Part shown: positions 58,801-64,000 of the stretch, piece after piece
Position numbering within the stretch: position 1 is the stretch's first letter
Layout: each line of letters opens with the position of its first letter
DNA from: Octopus vulgaris
Taxonomy: Eukaryota
DNA length: 64,000 bases
Reading direction: 5' to 3'
NCBI GenBank assembly: GCA_951406725.2
Contig: OX597814.1
Coordinates: 77,562,001 to 77,626,000 of the forward strand
The notes under the pieces: generated by a model
What the model was told of the DNA's origin: nothing
The model's database searches: none
What the model saw: the letters and a program-made list of their open reading frames with translations, nothing else
Translations under genes and position numbers: made by a program

Positions 58801-61800
58801 ATGGAAGAAGTGTGTGGATGGCAAGAACCATGTTGAAAAATAGCCCTCATTTGGTCACATTCTATGAGATTATCTTGATCATCTATGAATTTTTCAGCTG
58901 ACTCTTGTGCATGTGGGATTTGGTACAGTTTCTGTCTACCAAATTTCTTTCATGAGTAGGATGGAACCCCAAATTTAGTGCCTGTGAAGTAACATCATGC
59001 CTGTGCTTATTAATAAATCATATAATTCTGCTTGCTCTGGTTCTGTTCTCTACTGATTTAAAATGATTTAAATTAAAACCTTCCATTAAAATTTCATGTT
59101 AATTTATGTTCCAAACAACAAAATTTTTTTAATGAATTCTTCAGTTTTTCAACATTAATTGAAATAAAATCAGTATATTTTAATAAGAATATGATAACAA
59201 AAGGGTTAATCAACCTCAACATGTGACTGGAACTGTATTGGGCTTGGAATTTTGAAAGTGAAGAGTGTAAGACATAACTATAGTCATAAAATACTACTAA
59301 CAGCACTAATAGAAATTCTACAGTTATTTTGAACTGTTGGAAGTTTATAAAAATCCATAAAATATATAAGTTCATTTGAAATTGTATTTTGACATATTTG
59401 ATTCTTTAAAAGGTGTAAAAGTCGACAAAAGTAGTAATGAAGGAGTAGTCTTAGGAGGCAACATCTCTGAGAGCTATATTCTTTGTTATTAACCAGTCAC
59501 CTCTTCTACCTTAAGAGTTTTTCGCTTAATGTCAGTAAGTAAGTAATCCTAACTATGGAATGAAATCAAAGGCATAATCTGTCTACAATATTATTTTGCT
59601 ACATTGGTGAGGTTTTAATAAATCTTGATATGGTGTATTATATCCTTATTTTTATATGAGAAAAAAGTTTATATGGCTAGACTTGGAACCAAGTATGCAG
59701 GTTGTGTGTCATTACTTCAAATTTTAAGCATATCATTGTTTATCACACGAAGGAGTCTGCACAAGAACTTAAGCTATATCCATTACCATTTCCACTTCTT
59801 TGTGACAACTTATTTATCTACTTTATCATAGATCTGCTTAGATGAAAAGTTAATATAGCTATTTTAACATACCTCACTTTGCTTGCATGGCAGTGATACA
59901 TGTTTGTACAGATCAACATATTTATTAAACTTTTTAACCTTTTCATTAAATTCAGTGATTTAGTATCAGTACAAGAGGTTACATCAAAAGTATTTTGATG
60001 CCAGCTCATCTCAGACTAAATGATATAAAGCATGACAATTTTAACATGATCATATTTAAATTAGAATCATCATCACAATTTTATGTAAGAACCTTTAGTT
60101 AATTAATGTTCCAAATATCAGATTAATTACAGGAATCTCATTTTAATAAATCCCTCCAAATTCTGATTATCTTCAAAAGTAACCAAAATACATTATGTAT
60201 TTCATTAGAAACATGGTTAGAAAAGGTAAGTATTGTAAAAATGAAAAAAAATTACAAATTTAATTTTTAATTAAGTTTTAAATACTGCTTCACATAGGGA
60301 ATATTGTGTACATTTGTGGATTCTCATCAAATGTATTCTGTTGTATCATAATTTTGTATGATAATCAGATGTTTATCATGAAAACAAACTAGATGAACTA
60401 AAAAAAATATGGTATCTGGTTGCCATTTTCCAAGGATCTATAATAGTCTTTGAAATGATTTTATGAAAAAATATTCACCTGTTCTTGCCTCTTCGTGATT
60501 GAGTGTACATAAAAAATAATAAAATATTTATTGTGTTCAACGCGAATGAAGAGACTTTTTCCATCACTGTAATAAAGCTCTGTGAAGAAGCATTAAAAGA
60601 AATTACTTAAATTTGATAAAGAAAAGAAAAAATAAACTGAATAGTTCAAAATAACAATTGAAGACGTACTACGAAAATAATACACCATTAAAATAAAGAG
60701 AGGAGAATCTAATGTTTTGTGTGATGACTTTATCAAAGAGAAGGAAAAGATGCCAAATTTGCAGGTCAAATATAAAATGGAAGTTGAGGAGTGGGACAGA
60801 AGGATCAGAAGTGGTGACATAAAATGGGTAACATAGAAGAGAGAAAGAGTGAGAAATATAATAAGCGGGGTGAGATAGGAGGAGAAAGAAAGAAGGTAGG
60901 GGAGAGAGAGAACTAGCAAGAGAGGGGAGCTCATGATATTTATAAAATAACATTACTTGTATTACATAGTGGACTTTTGATTTTAAAAATCTATTACAGG
61001 TTTTTTAAAATAAGTCAACATCATACCTTAAGGCTGAATATTGCAATGAGGAAAATAATTCCAAATAAAATACCAGTTGAAATATTTGTAATTATTCTGA
61101 AATTAAAATAAATTGTAAAGGAAAATACATAAATAAAAAGGTGATTAACGTACTTAATGATATAAAAATAGTGAAAAATATATCCATTCAGTACTTTGAT
61201 AAATCCTAACATGAACTAAAATATTTGGAATTAGTAGTAACTAGTAAGCAAAATCAAAACCACTAAGATATATGTAGAGAGGCTTTAGAGCATTTGTAAG
61301 CATTCAGTTTGGCGAAGTGCATATTGTGTTGGAAATGAAAGTTTCTTCCCCTTTTCTCCTCACCTGAGGTAGCAATGTTTTCCTCTAAAACAAGAATTCT
61401 TTTTCCTGTCTCTCAAAACCACACCTCCCCACCAGTTGAGGGGGTCTTGTCTTGCAAGTTACTTGGTGACCTCATTGCTGCTGGTGCCAGTACACTCAGC
61501 AAAGTGGTTGGTGTTAGGCAGGAATCCAGCCATAGAAACCATTCCAAAGCAGACAGCAGGGTTTGCTGCAATCTTGTCCAACCCATGTCAGCATGGAAAA
61601 TGGACTTTATTATGATGATGATTATGTGGTACATCTTTTATAAAATGTTTCAAAAGATATTTCATATCTTTTTAATAAAAAGTCAAGATCCAGAAAATTA
61701 TGTATGTATTTCATAAAGTACAGGTCTACCACATACTGAGCATTTGTTGCTTATTTCCTAAACCAGCTCTGTTTGAATTGGCCTATGAGTAAGAGGTTTT

Positions 61801-62815
61801 CAAATGTTATTTTAAATGTCTGTTTTAGGACTACACTACTTGATGTGATCTTTTTTCTAAAGATAGTAGCATGTGATTTGAGAAAGATTTACTCATTTTT
61901 AGGCCAGCTATGATGAAGAGACTTCCTTATTGCCTTGTGAGTACTCTGTGTTTGATAGTGGTAATGTGCATATCAGTTTTTGCATTAAATACCAATGGGT
62001 TTGGGATTCTTTTCACAGCTGAAAACAGAGTTAAGTGATCCATCAACTTCTAGAGAAAGTCAGCTTCCAAAGGCTTGTTCATTCACTTCAATTCAACTTG
62101 GCCAGCTAGTGGTGAAGTTTTGTATATGAATAACATTAATCATATTGAAAATATAAGTGGTGGTAGGGAACATAATCAATAAGTTTCATTATACTGAGAT
62201 AATTTATATTTAGATGAAGGCAAAATATCACAGCCATGATAAAAAATCTTACATTTTCATGAGTCAAAGGAACCTCTAAGTAGTCATTCGCCTTGTTAGG
62301 AATATAGCCAAATTTACTTCAAATCACATTGTGCTGTCTTAAAAAAAGGATACATTGGATAATGTAGTCCTAAATAATGGCTTGGTCATGGCTAGAATGT
62401 CTTTAATAATAAGTCCAATCGATTAGAACTAACGTGGGGCTAAACACTGATATTGAATGTAATGGTATATGTATACATGAGTAATAAAAATAAAATGATT
62501 TAATTATAAGGGGAATAAGTATTTGAGTGGTTCTAAAGATTTGTTCTAATTTATGATGTTTGTAGCATTTGTAAAACTACTTTCAAGTATTTGATGCAAA
62601 GTAAAGAAAATTAGGGACAAGTCAAAATTTCACCATATGATTATAAGAAAAGTTTCAACTTAAGAATTGTATGAAAATTGTTATCAGTTTTGATGATACA
62701 TGTACAGTTTTAGTAATAAATAAATTTTACTTTTCTCTCATCTCTGTTTGCCATTGAACAGGTAAACAATTGTTATTTCTCTGTTGAAAGAATGTGGAGT
62801 GAATTATTCCAGACA
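55828..62815 (-). CDS. 3' part (5 exons) of an unidentified multi-pass membrane protein, possibly amino-acid permease-like; the gene probably continues beyond the window
   Basis: Exons 62815-62731, 61096-61027, 60579-60479, 57442-57407 and 55996-55828 have pyrimidine-rich AG acceptors, GT donors and matching phases 2,0,2,2. They join into one frame: SGIIHSTFFQQ...IITNISTGILFGIIFLIAIFSLK-SFITVMEKVSSFALNTINILLFFMYTQSRR...IPLPIPKWMDIINYLLPVYFGFAVIYDGF...QQ-stop. The family assignment is tentative. Confidence 0.75.
56108..57284. mobile_element. 1.18-kb non-autonomous piggyBac-like element
   Basis: TTAA|CCCTTTCGTTACT...AGTATCAAAAGGG|TTAA; no transposase ORF. Confidence 0.8.
57769..58907 (+). mobile_element. 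old, heavily decayed mariner
   Basis: TIR remnants gagggttggctgaacagttcata / tatgaatttttcagctgactctt; motif remnants FHQDNA, YSPDLVPS and IDYLQKVNTINEEYYA. Confidence 0.8.
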
Positions 62816-62993
62816 CTGAAATTAAAAGGAAAGAAAATATTCAATAAAGAGAAAAAGCATTGAATAAGTAATCCTTTTGGTGTATGCTATGATATGCCAA
62901 CTAATCAAGAGAAATTCCTTAATTCTGTTAGTGGTTTTAGTTATTGAACTGGGGTCATGCTGGAACACTATCTTCATGGGTTTTAGTCAATCA

Positions 62994-63445
62994 TATCGGT
63001 TTTAGTTTTGACACAAGACCAGCAAGGGCAGGGGGTAAGTTGATAACGGTGATCCCAGTGCTTTACTAATATTTATTTTATTAACCCTGAAAGGATGAAA
63101 GGCAAAATCAACCTTGGCAGAATTTGAACTCACAAGGTAAAGATGGATGAAATGCCACTAAGCATTTTGCCCAGTGTGCTAACAATTCTGTCAACTCGCC
63201 ACCTTGATTTAGTCAATCAGAGCAACCCCAAGGCAGCAAGCTGGCAGAATTGTTAGTGTGCTGGGTGAAATGTTTAGCAGTATTTCATGTGCCACTATGT
63301 TCTGAGTTCAAATTTCACCGAGGTCGACCTTTACCTTTCATCCTTTTGGGGTCGATAAAATAAGTACCAGCTGAAAACTGGGGTCGATGTAATCAACTAG
63401 TCCCTTCCTGCTAAATTTCAGGCCTTGTGCCTATAGTAGAAAGGA
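62994..63445. mobile_element. head-to-head SINE family 2 pair (minus 62994-63207 with 12-bp TSD; plus about 63232-63445)
   Basis: TSD TTTAGTCAATCA at 62982-62993 and 63208-63219; both copies match family 2. Confidence 0.8.
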
Positions 63446-64000
63446 AAGGAATCATAACAATCACATGATTTATTTCAGTCTGACTGTTATTTTATTGCTT
63501 TCTATTTATCAAATTGCTCAGTTACATTTATGACATAAAAAGATACAACTTAATGTACCAGCTTACATCAATAAAGACATACACACACATTTGGTGATGG
63601 CAACCAACCTTTTGATCAAACCAAAGAAACTATGTTCCCATTAAGATTTTTTTTTTATTCCATTGTGGACACTATCTATCAACAGCAACATGTGACAGAT
63701 ATGTACCATCATTTTTTTCCCCTTGGTGACATAAGGCTGGGTTTGAGCTCGGAAAACACTAAGACACTGATACTGATAAGTGCTGCCAATTCCTTTCATT
63801 AATTGCTCTAGACTGGTACATTCTTTATTCATCCTGAAAGGATGAAAGGCAAAGATGACATTGGTGTACTTAGACCTCAAAATGTAGAGAGTTTACTGTC
63901 AGTATCTATGACTCAAATGTCTTTACCAATTTGCCTTTTATACAGCCACACACATGTTGATCTATATAGAGATATGTGTATGAGTGTATGTATGTATGTG

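Noticed and set aside
59873-59938. Possible extra minus-strand exon (VKKFNKYVDLYK...) with a gtatgt donor
   Set aside because: The acceptor is purine-rich, and neighbouring exons already join in phase without it.

Overview
AT-rich, intron- and transposon-rich eukaryotic DNA. The tRNA-derived SINE families resemble those of octopus, so a coleoid cephalopod is inferred. I rebuilt the genes by hand from splice sites and reading-frame phases. They are: tRNA-Glu(TTC) at 193-264; an 8-exon PNPO gene (+, 5727-37037) with a 24-nt microexon and a possible 116-aa N-terminal extension; DHX29 (-, 41480-45574), whose coding sequence has no introns; RPL27 (+), head-to-head with DHX29, with a 5'TOP start near 45946 and CDS 48028-53693; and the last five exons of an unidentified multi-pass membrane protein (-, 62815-55828), whose terminal exon has a second intact copy at 54304-54142. 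RPL27 introns carry a small paralogous family of candidate box H/ACA RNAs. Repeats include two mariners, a degenerate Helitron with 3'-type ends on both sides, non-autonomous Helitrons, RTE, CR1, R4 and Penelope fragments (some with hammerhead-like motifs), TTAA MITEs, a long-TIR element with an 8-bp TSD, and many SINEs. One SINE carries a 60-bp structured tandem array with compensatory base changes. All folds and family assignments were made by eye; no searches were run.
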